A stretch of 64,000 nt of DNA. Origin: Bacteroidales bacterium. GTDB lineage: Bacteria > Bacteroidota > Bacteroidia > Bacteroidales > WCHB1-69. Positions 49,202 to 57,168 of this stretch are shown here, one piece after another. Under the pieces are notes generated by a model. It ran no database searches, had not been told where the DNA came from, and worked only from the letters and a program-made list of their open reading frames with translations. Every line of letters begins with the position of its first letter. Positions within the stretch are counted from its first letter, which is position 1. The translations under genes were made by a program, and so were the position numbers. The DNA is taken from the NCBI GenBank assembly GCA_017615595.1, contig JAFZZT010000036.1, forward strand, positions 39,035 through 103,034, in the 5' to 3' direction.

Positions 49202-49837
49202 TCAAATCATCAGATCCTCCAGCGCCACCTTAGGGACGATGTGAACGCCGTTCTCACGATAGTATTTGTGGCTCTCGCCCTCGCGGATCTCCTGCAGGCG
49301 GATGCGCTCGGCGCCCTTGCCGATGGCCAGGATTAGCAACGGGTCGCAGGGCAGCGACAACGCCTCCCGCACCTTCTCGCGGTCGAAAGCGCCGATGATG
49401 AGTCCGTTGAAGCCCAACTCCACAGCTTTCAGCAGCATACTCTGCGCAGAGATGCCGAGGTCCATGTCCACGAGTTTGGTCTCCTTGGCTGCAGAGCAGA
49501 TGACGATATAGGCGGGCGGCTCCGTGCCCGCAAAGGGCAGGTGCAACTCGGGCAACGCGGCCCCCATCTTAATCAGCGGGTGCACCTTGGCGACATCCTC
49601 GCCCGTGACCATCCTGAAACGCAACACCTGCTGGTTGCAGGCGGAGGGTATCTTGGTATTGACGGTCACGATACGTTTCAGCAGCTCTTCCGACACGGGC
49701 ACGGAGGGGTCATAACCACGATGACTGCGGTTTTTGGTCAGCAGGGTGTCCAACGACTCCCCCACCCGCTTGACGATGGTCTTCTTCTTGCCATCGTGCA
49801 GTTCCGACATTTTGCGCTCTATGTAATTATCAGCCAT
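49202..49837 (-). CDS. nitroreductase family protein
   Basis: Nitroreductase-fold motifs (RSHRGY, PSACNQQ). 211 aa. Confidence 0.7.
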   Translation of the reverse strand: MADNYIERKMSELHDGKKKTIVKRVGESLDTLLTKNRSHRGYDPSVPVSEELLKRIVTVNTKIPSACNQQVLRFRMVTGEDVAKVHPLIKMGAALPELHLPFAGTEPPAYIVICSAAKETKLVDMDLGISAQSMLLKAVELGFNGLIIGAFDREKVREALSLPCDPLLILAIGKGAERIRLQEIREGESHKYYRENGVHIVPKVALEDLMI

Positions 49838-49852
49838 AAGGATGTTTGGGTG

Positions 49853-49900
49853 TTTAATTGTTTAATTGTTGATTTGTTGATTTGTTGATTTGTTGAAGAA
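49853..49900. repeat. six 8-bp tandem units (TGTTTAAT x2, TGTTGATT x3, TGTTGAAG)
   Basis: Read directly. Lies 16 nt upstream of the nitroreductase start, in its leader/promoter region. Confidence 0.9.
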
Positions 49901-49965
49901 GGGAGATAAGTAGTTAAGGATCTAAGGTATTACCGGGAAATTCATTTTTGAAGTTTAAAGCACAC

Positions 49966-50014
49966 AGCTAACGGCTAACAGCTAATGGCTAATAGCTGAT
50001 GGCCAATGGCTATC
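49966..50014. repeat. seven 7-bp tandem units (AGCTAAC GGCTAAC AGCTAAT GGCTAAT AGCTGAT GGCCAAT GGCTATC)
   Basis: Read directly. Overlaps the stop codon (50010-50012) of the M1 peptidase gene. Confidence 0.9.
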
Positions 50015-52349
50015 GTTTCACGAACGGGGTGGCCGTCATATTGGATTCCACGCGGAGGAAATAGGCACCGGCAGGGAGGCGACTCACATCCACGGTGTTG
50101 CTGCCGCCTTTCAGCTTCACGGTCTTGACGGTTCGGCCGGCGCTGTCCACGATGGCACACTTGAGCGCCTTACCCTCCTGTTCTATCCAGACATTCAGCT
50201 GGTCATGGACAGGGTTGGGATAGATGATGATGGATGGTTCCTCGCGATTGGCTACGGAAGCATCCACATCGCCCACGGCAAGGCAGTATTGGCCAGCGCG
50301 CAAGGCATCCACCCGCAGGAAGCCCGCATTCGGGGAGCCCGTGCGCGTGGCAGGCACGATCTGCCAGCTGTCAGCAGTCGTGGGACGATAGAGCACCTTG
50401 AGGTTGTTATGGTCGTAGCCCTGCACCAACGCGTAATCCAGTGAGGTGGCGCTGCCCCGCTCGTAACGGAAACGCAGATAGCCCTCCGGAGGCGTCACGC
50501 CGGCAGGATAGGCCAGCTGCACATTCCAGTAGTGATTGTCCGACATCCGATGGATACCCTCCGGCAAGGCGGCGGGCTGGTCCGGACCCACATAGTGATG
50601 CTCGGCACGCACCAGGACAGAATCCGCGAAGGCATCCACCTGGAAAGCACAATAGGCATCCGACCACGTTACGAGTCCGCTGTTGCCCCCTACAGTCGCA
50701 GTGTAATCGACGGTGGCGTCCATCATCTTCTCGTAATAGTCCACCATGCCGAACATCGGCTCAAAAGGAATGGTGACGGTAGCCGTGGCATACTGACCGG
50801 AGAAAAGGACGTCCGGGACAGTATAGAGTGTTCTGTTGGGAGATACGAAGGTAAGATCCAATTTGTTGGAGTTACCGTAGAAATTGGCACCGCAGTGTTT
50901 CTGCTGCAGGAAGACCTCATATTGATTGCCCGCAAGATGACGGATGGAGTCGATGGCGAACTGCGGGAAGCCGGGCGTGTGCACCCAGTTGGCGTAGAAA
51001 TCGGCCAGGCTCACGCCCGTGACCTGCGACAGGTAGTTGAAGAACTCTTCGGAGTTGACATTCTGATAAGCATAATGGTCGAGCAAGGAGCGCAAGCCGC
51101 CGAAGAAGAGCGAATCGCCGAGATAGCTGCGCAGGGTTTGGATGACGAGGGCGCCCTTGTCGTAGGAGTGCGTGCCATAGGTCACCGCCTGCGGCACCGC
51201 ATCCAGCGCGTAGTGGTCGCCGTCATTCTTGACGATATCCTTCAGCGTGGAGTGATGCATATCGCGGAGATAGTCGAGATAGGCCGTTTCAGGATCGTTG
51301 GGGTTGAGGAGCGCCATCACCAGCGGCTCGGCGAAGGAGGCAAAGCCCTCGTTGATCCACATCTCCTCGGGCCGCTCGCAGGTGATGAGGTCGCCAAACC
51401 AGTGATGGAAGAGCTCGTGACCATAGAGCGTGACGTAGGTATCGGTGCCGTTCACAAAGCTCTTGGGATAGGCAATGTTGGTGGCATGCTCCATGGCACC
51501 GCTGGAGAAGTTCACATCCACATAGCCGACACGGGGCCAGCGGTAGGGACCGAAATAGTACTCGAACATCTGCAAGATATCCTTCAGATGACCATACGAG
51601 GCCGGCACCTGGGCATATTCCGTGGGCTGGGCATAGATCAGGATCGGGATATCGCCCTCCATGCCGTGGAAGGTGTCCTGATAGGCAATGTACTCGCCCA
51701 CCGCCATAGAGGCCAGATAGGTGGGGATGGGCTCTTCCAGTGTCCAAGTCCACACCTTGGAGCTGTCGGCGAGCGTAAGCACATCGGTGAGCATGCCGCC
51801 ACAGACGGCCATCTTGTTCTGTTCAGTGCGGATATGGGTGGTATAGCTCGACTTGTCAGTAAAGACATCCATACAGGGGAACCAGCAGCGCCCGTAACAG
51901 TGGGGTAAGCTCTGGAAAGCCACGCCCATGGTGTAGGCATACTGGCCGGAGAAGTAGAAACCGCCCCATCCAGAGTCCTTGGTGGGCACACCGTGGTAGA
52001 AGACCGTCACCAAGACCGTGTCGCCAGTCTGCATGGTAGGCACCGTGATGGTCAGGCGCTCACCCTGATGGTTAAAGGAGGCGGGCATGCCGTTCACCTT
52101 GACAGAGTCGGTGGTCAGCGCCAGCAAGTCCAGTGCCACCTGATTGACGTTAGGCATCTTGGCGATGATGGTCAGCTGCGCCTCGCCCTCGACATTGTGG
52201 GCGGTGAAGTCCATGATAGTCAGCGACAGATCGTAATGGGCCACATGAAGGGTGTCGCTGCGGTTCTGGGCGGAAAGGGTGAAGGTCAGCAGGATGGTCA
52301 GCAGGGTTGACAACAAAGCGGTTTTCTTGATCATAGCAGTATAATTCAA
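50010..52349 (-). CDS. M1-family zinc aminopeptidase with T9SS type-A C-terminal sorting domain
   Basis: GAMEH plus HELFHHWFGD...WINEGFA (HExxH-x18-E). The C-terminus IIYPNPVHDQLNV...VDVSRLPAGAYFLRV is a Por-secretion-tail pattern. The start may be the ATG at 52334 (MIKKTALL...). Confidence 0.8.
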   Translation of the reverse strand: MNYTAMIKKTALLSTLLTILLTFTLSAQNRSDTLHVAHYDLSLTIMDFTAHNVEGEAQLTIIAKMPNVNQVALDLLALTTDSVKVNGMPASFNHQGERLTITVPTMQTGDTVLVTVFYHGVPTKDSGWGGFYFSGQYAYTMGVAFQSLPHCYGRCWFPCMDVFTDKSSYTTHIRTEQNKMAVCGGMLTDVLTLADSSKVWTWTLEEPIPTYLASMAVGEYIAYQDTFHGMEGDIPILIYAQPTEYAQVPASYGHLKDILQMFEYYFGPYRWPRVGYVDVNFSSGAMEHATNIAYPKSFVNGTDTYVTLYGHELFHHWFGDLITCERPEEMWINEGFASFAEPLVMALLNPNDPETAYLDYLRDMHHSTLKDIVKNDGDHYALDAVPQAVTYGTHSYDKGALVIQTLRSYLGDSLFFGGLRSLLDHYAYQNVNSEEFFNYLSQVTGVSLADFYANWVHTPGFPQFAIDSIRHLAGNQYEVFLQQKHCGANFYGNSNKLDLTFVSPNRTLYTVPDVLFSGQYATATVTIPFEPMFGMVDYYEKMMDATVDYTATVGGNSGLVTWSDAYCAFQVDAFADSVLVRAEHHYVGPDQPAALPEGIHRMSDNHYWNVQLAYPAGVTPPEGYLRFRYERGSATSLDYALVQGYDHNNLKVLYRPTTADSWQIVPATRTGSPNAGFLRVDALRAGQYCLAVGDVDASVANREEPSIIIYPNPVHDQLNVWIEQEGKALKCAIVDSAGRTVKTVKLKGGSNTVDVSRLPAGAYFLRVESNMTATPFVKR

Positions 52350-52390
52350 CGTTCAGGCCACAGACGTAGTGACCATTTTTTTCAAAGGCG

Positions 52391-52398
52391 CAAAGATA
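52391..52398 (-). promoter_or_regulatory. -7 promoter box (TATCTTTG) for M1 peptidase gene
   Basis: Complement of caaagata. It sits back-to-back with the plus-strand box at 52409-52416. Confidence 0.45.
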
Positions 52399-52408
52399 AA
52401 AAAAAATG

Positions 52409-52416
52409 TATTTTTG
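52409..52416 (+). promoter_or_regulatory. -7 promoter box (TATTTTTG) for WG-repeat gene
   Basis: TAnnTTTG match 42 nt upstream of the ATG at 52458. Confidence 0.45.
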
Positions 52417-52457
52417 CAGTCAAGATATCTTAATATCACATTTAAACCTTATTCATT

Positions 52458-53765
52458 ATGAAAAAATCACTATTGTTTTTCGCTTGGATTCTTATCATAT
52501 TAGGTGTCTCGGCCCAAACGCCCAAGCCTTTGACTATCACCGAGAACACGCATTTTGTCGTCCTCCCCAACGACTGTGAGAGCATCTCATGGCTTGTGGA
52601 TGGCATCTGGTCGGTGGAGCGCTACAACAAGTATGCCTTCTACAACGTACAAGGCCAGCGCATTTTCGACTTCGAATGGGAAGCGGGGTCCGGTTACCGC
52701 GAACCCCTGATGGTCGGCGGCGCCGTCCTGATGTACAAGAAGGAAGAGGTCAACAGCCAGAAACCGATGTGGCTGCTTAAGAGCGACGGCACCTCCAAGG
52801 CGCTACCGGCGGAATATGTCGGACCCGCCACCAATTTTGTGGACGGCGTGGCGCTTATCGGGAAAAAGAAAAGTTCCGGTTATGGCATTGAATATGTCTA
52901 TATCAACCTTAACGGCCAGCGAGTCTATGGCACGCTGACCTCCAGTCCAGAACGCTTTGAGCGCACCAACTGGACGGTTCCACCTTTGCGCGAGGGGTTG
53001 AGAGCATTCAAGCAGCTGAACCCCAGCGGTTTTGGCGGCAAATGGGGTTATATTGACGCCAACGGCAAGGTGGTGATCCCCGCCCGCTACGACGAATGCC
53101 GTTCCTTCAGCGAAGGGTACGCCTTGGTACGGGAAGACCGCGAATTATACTTCATCGACAAAAACGGCAACAAGGCCATTGAGCCCATCTGGGATGACGA
53201 CACCTATTTCAACGACATCAGCGATGTTCACAACGGCTATTTCGTCGTGAACTACAACCCTCGCAAATACTTCAACACCCAGGGCGATCTAGTGAAAAAA
53301 CTACCGGGAGGATCCATGTTCTACAACGGCTATTGCTTTGCCGAGGATGAGACAGCGTTCAATGGGAAAAGCCGGGTGTTCGACAAGGATTTCAACCTCG
53401 TGAAAACCATCCCGGAGGTGGATCTTTGGTGGAACGACGAGGGCAACGCGCCCATCTTCACGGCGGCAGGAGTGGCGACCGTGCAACGGGAACGAGTGAT
53501 TTCCACAGACGGCACCACGCTGATCCAGCACTTCCCCGTGACGAAAAAATCGCCCAACCGGAATGGCATCGAATATTTCTCCCCGTCCGGGTTTGCCAAG
53601 GCCTGGCTCGTGCATAACGGCGAGACCTACGAAGGGTTCATCAACCTAGACGGCGAGTTCGTGCTCATCTACCGTTGGAACCGGGAGGTGGTCCCCATCG
53701 TGAACGACCCGAACAATCCTTCCCCCTGCGACACCTGCAAGATATTCCCCAATCCTGTCCGGTAA
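52458..53765 (+). CDS. WG-repeat (KWG) containing secreted protein
   Basis: Signal peptide. Repeated modules of type KWGYIDANGKVVIPARYDECRSFSEGYALV and YFIDKNGNKAIEPIWDD. Confidence 0.75.
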   Translation: MKKSLLFFAWILIILGVSAQTPKPLTITENTHFVVLPNDCESISWLVDGIWSVERYNKYAFYNVQGQRIFDFEWEAGSGYREPLMVGGAVLMYKKEEVNSQKPMWLLKSDGTSKALPAEYVGPATNFVDGVALIGKKKSSGYGIEYVYINLNGQRVYGTLTSSPERFERTNWTVPPLREGLRAFKQLNPSGFGGKWGYIDANGKVVIPARYDECRSFSEGYALVREDRELYFIDKNGNKAIEPIWDDDTYFNDISDVHNGYFVVNYNPRKYFNTQGDLVKKLPGGSMFYNGYCFAEDETAFNGKSRVFDKDFNLVKTIPEVDLWWNDEGNAPIFTAAGVATVQRERVISTDGTTLIQHFPVTKKSPNRNGIEYFSPSGFAKAWLVHNGETYEGFINLDGEFVLIYRWNREVVPIVNDPNNPSPCDTCKIFPNPVR

Positions 53766-53791
53766 TCAGCGAACAGGAATCAGTGAACAGG
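53764..53791. repeat. 2 x 14-bp tandem unit (AATCAGCGAACAGG AATCAGTGAACAGG)
   Basis: Read directly. Overlaps the WG-repeat gene stop and marks the left edge of the accessory island. Confidence 0.85.
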
Positions 53792-53816
53792 AAGCCTAAT
53801 ACGACGCCGCACGCCG

Positions 53817-54218
53817 TTAGATGTGCGGGGAAAAAGAAGGGCAGCGGGGCGATTTCATCCCCATGCCCGCGCCCGTGAGGTTCGCACTGCCCACGTAACA
53901 GACCGTCTGGTCGATAACGATGATCTTGAAATGCACCCTCGGGCACATCACCCGTTCCAGCATCTTAGCCAATCGCGGGTAGCGGTCGAAGTCGGCGCGG
54001 AAGTTCGGTCCCGGTTCCTTCGCATGGATAAGCCGCACCTCCACGCCCTTGCCGAGCAAGTCGGCCAGCACCCCGAGAAACGGTTTCTCGGTTTTCCCCT
54101 GCAGCACGTACAGGTCTTTGATGTCAGCCGTGCCGATCCACAGACTGCGCTTGGCCTTCATCGCAAGGTCAAGGACGGTGGTGTAGTGGGAGGTGTCGGT
54201 GATGAGGGTGGTGGGCAT
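53817..54218 (-). CDS. single-HKD (PLD-like) nuclease paralog A, with C-terminal about 45 aa replaced by an unrelated 8-aa tail (possibly a pseudogene)
   Basis: 119/125 aa identical to paralog B through ...HFKIIVIDQTVCYVGSANLTGAGMGMKSPR (HxKx4Dx6GSxN intact). It then diverges (CPSFSPHI*) exactly where the 427-bp DNA repeat ends. Confidence 0.7.
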   Translation of the reverse strand: MPTTLITDTSHYTTVLDLAMKAKRSLWIGTADIKDLYVLQGKTEKPFLGVLADLLGKGVEVRLIHAKEPGPNFRADFDRYPRLAKMLERVMCPRVHFKIIVIDQTVCYVGSANLTGAGMGMKSPRCPSFSPHI

Positions 54219-54270
54219 GGCGGTTAGGATTTATATGCGGCAAAAATAGTACATTTTCTGATTGGCTTAC
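53844..54270. repeat. 427-bp direct repeat, copy A (5' 3/4 of HKD gene plus its promoter)
   Basis: Aligns base-for-base without indels, with scattered substitutions, to 55791-56217. Offset 1947 bp. Confidence 0.9.
54241..54248 (-). promoter_or_regulatory. -7 promoter box (TATTTTTG) of HKD paralog A
   Basis: Complement of caaaaata within the repeated promoter segment ...CTATTTTTGCCGCATATAAATCC... Confidence 0.45.
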
Positions 54271-55517
54271 TGTAAACACCATCGATAGAAGGGAATCACA
54301 TGTATAACTCCTCCGTCAGAAAATTCATTCTCTTCAGTCTCGTCCAGTGTGATAATGGTGCCTTCACGCAGACCAAACACCTTCATGGCTGCCAGCAAGC
54401 CTTCTTCTTCCCGCTTTCTTGTCTCTGGATTCTTCAGAGAAACAGCAACTTGCAACGCTTGCTCGACAATTCCATTTTTCCGGATTATAAAGTCACACTC
54501 ATTACCATCATGAAAATAGTACGACTCCATCTCTCGTCTTCTCAATTCAACATATACTGCATTTTCAAGTTTCTTTCCGAGATTTTCGCTAAAAGTGAAT
54601 CCCACTTGCGACACCAAACCATTGTCAATGAAATAGGCTTTCCTAGGACTTTTGATCTGCTCGCCAACTTTGTAGTCGTATTTGGTTAACACGCCCACCA
54701 GATAACACTCCTCCAAATAGCCGATGTATGCATTTATTGTATCGGGACTCTTTATTTTAGTGGCTTTTGCGATAGATTGATAAGTGAATTTATGGGTGAA
54801 GTTGCTGGCCAAGAAGTATGCCACCTCCTTAATGGGCTTTTCCGAAGGCAGTTTATGCCTCACTACGATGTCGCGAAAGATGATGTCGTTGTATAGTTCT
54901 CGCAAGTAACGCGGATCTCCAGTACTCAAATATTGAGGAAATCCTCCCTCTTTCAGAAATCCCGATTGTAGATTTGTTAGCATTGCGCGTCCTTCGGTGG
55001 TGTAGAAGTCCTTTGGTTTTATGCCGAATCCTTTGATTGACATATATTCGGAGAGGGACATCGGATAAAGTTCCTGTGTCAGATGGCGTCCCGTCAGCAG
55101 TGTTCCCAACTCTTTGCTCAACATAAATGCATTACTTCCTGTGACATAGACCTTGTTGCCATGTTTGTGAAGTCGTTCCACGAATCGTTCCCATCCCGTA
55201 ATAAGTTGCGGCTCATCAAGATAGAATGTGTGTTGAACTCCAAAATCCTCCATAAAAACATCATATAGAAGCTGAAAATCTTCTACGGAAAAATGAATGA
55301 GGCGGTCATCGTCAAAACTCATGTAATAATCCTGTTCCGATTGTCTGGCTCTGATTTGCTGCATCAACACCGACTTTCCGCAACGTCTCACGCCTGAAAT
55401 CACCATTATTCCAGATGATGCTGGCCAGTTGACATCTACATTCCTTTCAACACCGAGATCTTGATATAGTTCTCGTTGCTCGTATAAGACTTGCCGTAAT
55501 AATTCCTTAGACACCAT
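54267..55517 (-). CDS. AAA-ATPase (AAA_14-type) with DUF4143 / PD-(D/E)XK-like C-terminal domain
   Basis: Walker A SGVRRCGKS and Walker B FYLDEPQ. The C-terminus ...VYVELRR...GNECDFIIRK has a restriction-endonuclease-like E-x-D...K pattern. It is markedly more AT-rich than its neighbours. The start is trimmed to the ATG at 55517 because the -7 box covers the listed TTG start. Confidence 0.8.
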   Translation of the reverse strand: MVSKELLRQVLYEQRELYQDLGVERNVDVNWPASSGIMVISGVRRCGKSVLMQQIRARQSEQDYYMSFDDDRLIHFSVEDFQLLYDVFMEDFGVQHTFYLDEPQLITGWERFVERLHKHGNKVYVTGSNAFMLSKELGTLLTGRHLTQELYPMSLSEYMSIKGFGIKPKDFYTTEGRAMLTNLQSGFLKEGGFPQYLSTGDPRYLRELYNDIIFRDIVVRHKLPSEKPIKEVAYFLASNFTHKFTYQSIAKATKIKSPDTINAYIGYLEECYLVGVLTKYDYKVGEQIKSPRKAYFIDNGLVSQVGFTFSENLGKKLENAVYVELRRREMESYYFHDGNECDFIIRKNGIVEQALQVAVSLKNPETRKREEEGLLAAMKVFGLREGTIITLDETEENEFSDGGVIHVIPFYRWCLQ

Positions 55518-55541
55518 ATCTTTGTATTTTATATTAGGCTG

Positions 55542-55549
55542 CAAAAATA
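55542..55549 (-). promoter_or_regulatory. -7 promoter box (TATTTTTG) for the ATPase gene
   Basis: Complement of caaaaata, 25 nt upstream of the ATG at 55517. Confidence 0.45.
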
Positions 55550-55559
55550 AAAAAAATCC

Positions 55560-55603
55560 ATATTGACAATCCTTATTTTTTTATAAAAATCAATATTGAC
55601 AAT
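55560..55603. promoter_or_regulatory. pair of direct repeats ATATTGACAAT spaced 33 bp, upstream of the ATPase promoter (candidate operator)
   Basis: An identical 11-mer occurs at 55560-55570 and 55593-55603. Confidence 0.35.
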
Positions 55604-55649
55604 ATAGATTGTATTTCTAACGGTGATTTCACAATCATCATTCCCTGAT

Positions 55650-56165
55650 TCACTCTATCGGGTCCGGGCACACGTTCCTTCGCTGGCACTGCGCGCACTC
55701 GCTTCCGCGCCACACCTTGTCGAACTCCTCGATGGCGGCGGCCACGATGGAGGGTTCGTCGGTGAGGATGCCGGCTTCGAAGTTGCGACGGCGGGGCGAC
55801 TTCATCCCCATGCCCGCTCCCGTGAGGTTCGCGCTGCCCACATAGCAAACGGTCTGGTCGATGACGATGATCTTGAAGTGCACTCGCGGGCACATCACCC
55901 GTTCCAGTAGTTTGGAGAGCCGCGGGTAGCGGTCGAAGTCGGCACGGAAGTTCGGTCCCGGTTCCTTCGCGTGGATCAGCCGCACCTCCACGCCCTTTCC
56001 GAGTAACTCCGCCAGCACCCCGAGGAACGGCTTCTCGGTACCGCCCTGCAGCACGTGCAGGTCCTTGATGTCGGCGGTGCCGATCCACAGCGAGTGCTTG
56101 GCCTTCATCGCGAGGTCAAGCACGGTGGTGTAGTGGGAGGTGTCGGTGATGAGGGTGGTGGGCAT
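55650..56165 (-). CDS. single-HKD (PLD-like) nuclease paralog B, full length (171 aa) with Cys-containing tail
   Basis: HKD motif HFKIIVIDQTVCYVGSANLTGAG. No signal peptide. The C-terminal tail ...FEAGILTDEPSIVAAAIEEFDKVWRGSECAQCQRRNVCPDPIE contains CxxCx5C. Confidence 0.8.
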   Translation of the reverse strand: MPTTLITDTSHYTTVLDLAMKAKHSLWIGTADIKDLHVLQGGTEKPFLGVLAELLGKGVEVRLIHAKEPGPNFRADFDRYPRLSKLLERVMCPRVHFKIIVIDQTVCYVGSANLTGAGMGMKSPRRRNFEAGILTDEPSIVAAAIEEFDKVWRGSECAQCQRRNVCPDPIE

Positions 56166-56217
56166 GGCGGTTAGGATTTATATGCGGCAAAAATAGTACA
56201 TTTTCTGATTGGCTTAC
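55791..56217. repeat. 427-bp direct repeat, copy B
   Basis: See 53844-54270. Confidence 0.9.
56188..56195 (-). promoter_or_regulatory. -7 promoter box (TATTTTTG) of HKD paralog B
   Basis: Same sequence context as 54241-54248. Confidence 0.45.
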
Positions 56218-56259
56218 AAAAAACTCCGATTTTCGGCAGGGACGCTGGTGTGAAACCAC

Positions 56260-56286
56260 CGGCAAAAATAGCGCATAGGTGTGCAG
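56260..56286 (-). promoter_or_regulatory. orphan copy of island promoter module (CACACCT-N7-GCTATTTTTGCCG) with no ORF behind it
   Basis: The minus strand reads CTGCACACCTATGCGCTATTTTTGCCGG, similar to the modules at 58606-58631 and 61414-61440. It is followed by about 45 nt and a weak hairpin plus T6 (CCGAAAATCGGAGTTTTTT). Confidence 0.4.
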
Positions 56287-56492
56287 GAACGAGTCACAAC
56301 GCGAGATGGCGCACATAACGAGCACTATCACCAATCAAAATGTTGATCTTGCGTTGAAAAATCAAGAAATCCGCGAAAACAATGGCAGTAATTAACAGTT
56401 AAACATTAATTTTTTTTGATAATTTTACAACTTATTGATTGTTAGAGCAAAAAAATAACACCAAAATCCTTGACACCAGCATTTTGTTATAG

Positions 56493-56500
56493 TATATTTG
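56493..56500 (+). promoter_or_regulatory. -7 promoter box (TATATTTG) for the ORF6N gene array
   Basis: TAnnTTTG match 45 nt upstream of the ATG at 56545. A TTGACA hexamer lies 17 nt upstream of TATATT. Confidence 0.45.
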
Positions 56501-56544
56501 TCGTTCAGTTAATAAAAAGTTTTTATTCATCAAAACAACACACT

Positions 56545-57168
56545 ATGACAAATATCTTAGAAGTTGAGAACAGAATGATCACCCTGCGTGGTCAGCAGGT
56601 GATTTTGGATTCAGACGTGGCCGAACTGTACGGGGTGGAAACGAAGCGCATTAATGAGGCCGTCAGCAACAATCCTGGAAAATTCCCCCAAGGGTATGTT
56701 TGGGAATTGGATAAAGCCGAAGTCCTGGCTTTAAGGTCGAAAATTTCGACCTTAAAGAAATCGGGTCGGGGACAACATTCAAAATACCCACCCAAAGCCT
56801 TTACCGAACGGGGGCTCTATATGCTGGCCACCATCTTGAAGAGTCCGAAAGCAGAGGAGACCACCATCGCCATCGTGGAGGCCTACGCGAAGTTAAGGGA
56901 ACTGTCGCGAGTGATGACGGAAATACCACAGCAGGAGGAGAACTCCGTGGAACAGAGAACATTGCTTCAGCGCGGCGGACAGTTGGTGGAGGACCTGATG
57001 ACAGACGTGCTGCCGGTCCAGAGCAGCGAGACCTCCATCGAACTCAACCTCGCAATGTTCAAACTCAAGCATTCCGTGAAGCGGGAGAACGAGGAGGAGG
57101 TGAAGAAACTGCGGGAGGAGATAGCAGAACTCAAACATATTATTAATCATCAAAATAACACACTATGA
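56545..57168 (+). CDS. ORF6N-domain (KilA-N-related DNA-binding) protein, array copy 1
   Basis: MTNILEVENRMITLRGQQVILDSDVAELYGVETKRINEAVSNNPGKFPQGYVWEL matches the ORF6N signature, with a coiled-coil acidic C-half. The true start is the ATG at 56545 (residue 26 of the listed ORF). Confidence 0.8.
   Translation: MTNILEVENRMITLRGQQVILDSDVAELYGVETKRINEAVSNNPGKFPQGYVWELDKAEVLALRSKISTLKKSGRGQHSKYPPKAFTERGLYMLATILKSPKAEETTIAIVEAYAKLRELSRVMTEIPQQEENSVEQRTLLQRGGQLVEDLMTDVLPVQSSETSIELNLAMFKLKHSVKRENEEEVKKLREEIAELKHIINHQNNTL

Noticed and set aside
36961-50014. Whether the tandem tracts could be CRISPR arrays.
   Set aside because: The units are 7-14 bp and directly contiguous with no unique spacers, and no cas genes are in the window. 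They are micro- or minisatellite-like, not CRISPR.
56116-56334. 72-aa His/Pro-rich ORF on the minus strand spanning the HKD-B start and upstream region.
   Set aside because: It overlaps the HKD-B coding start and both promoter boxes, and its sequence is low-complexity. The region is better explained as promoter or orphan-module DNA.
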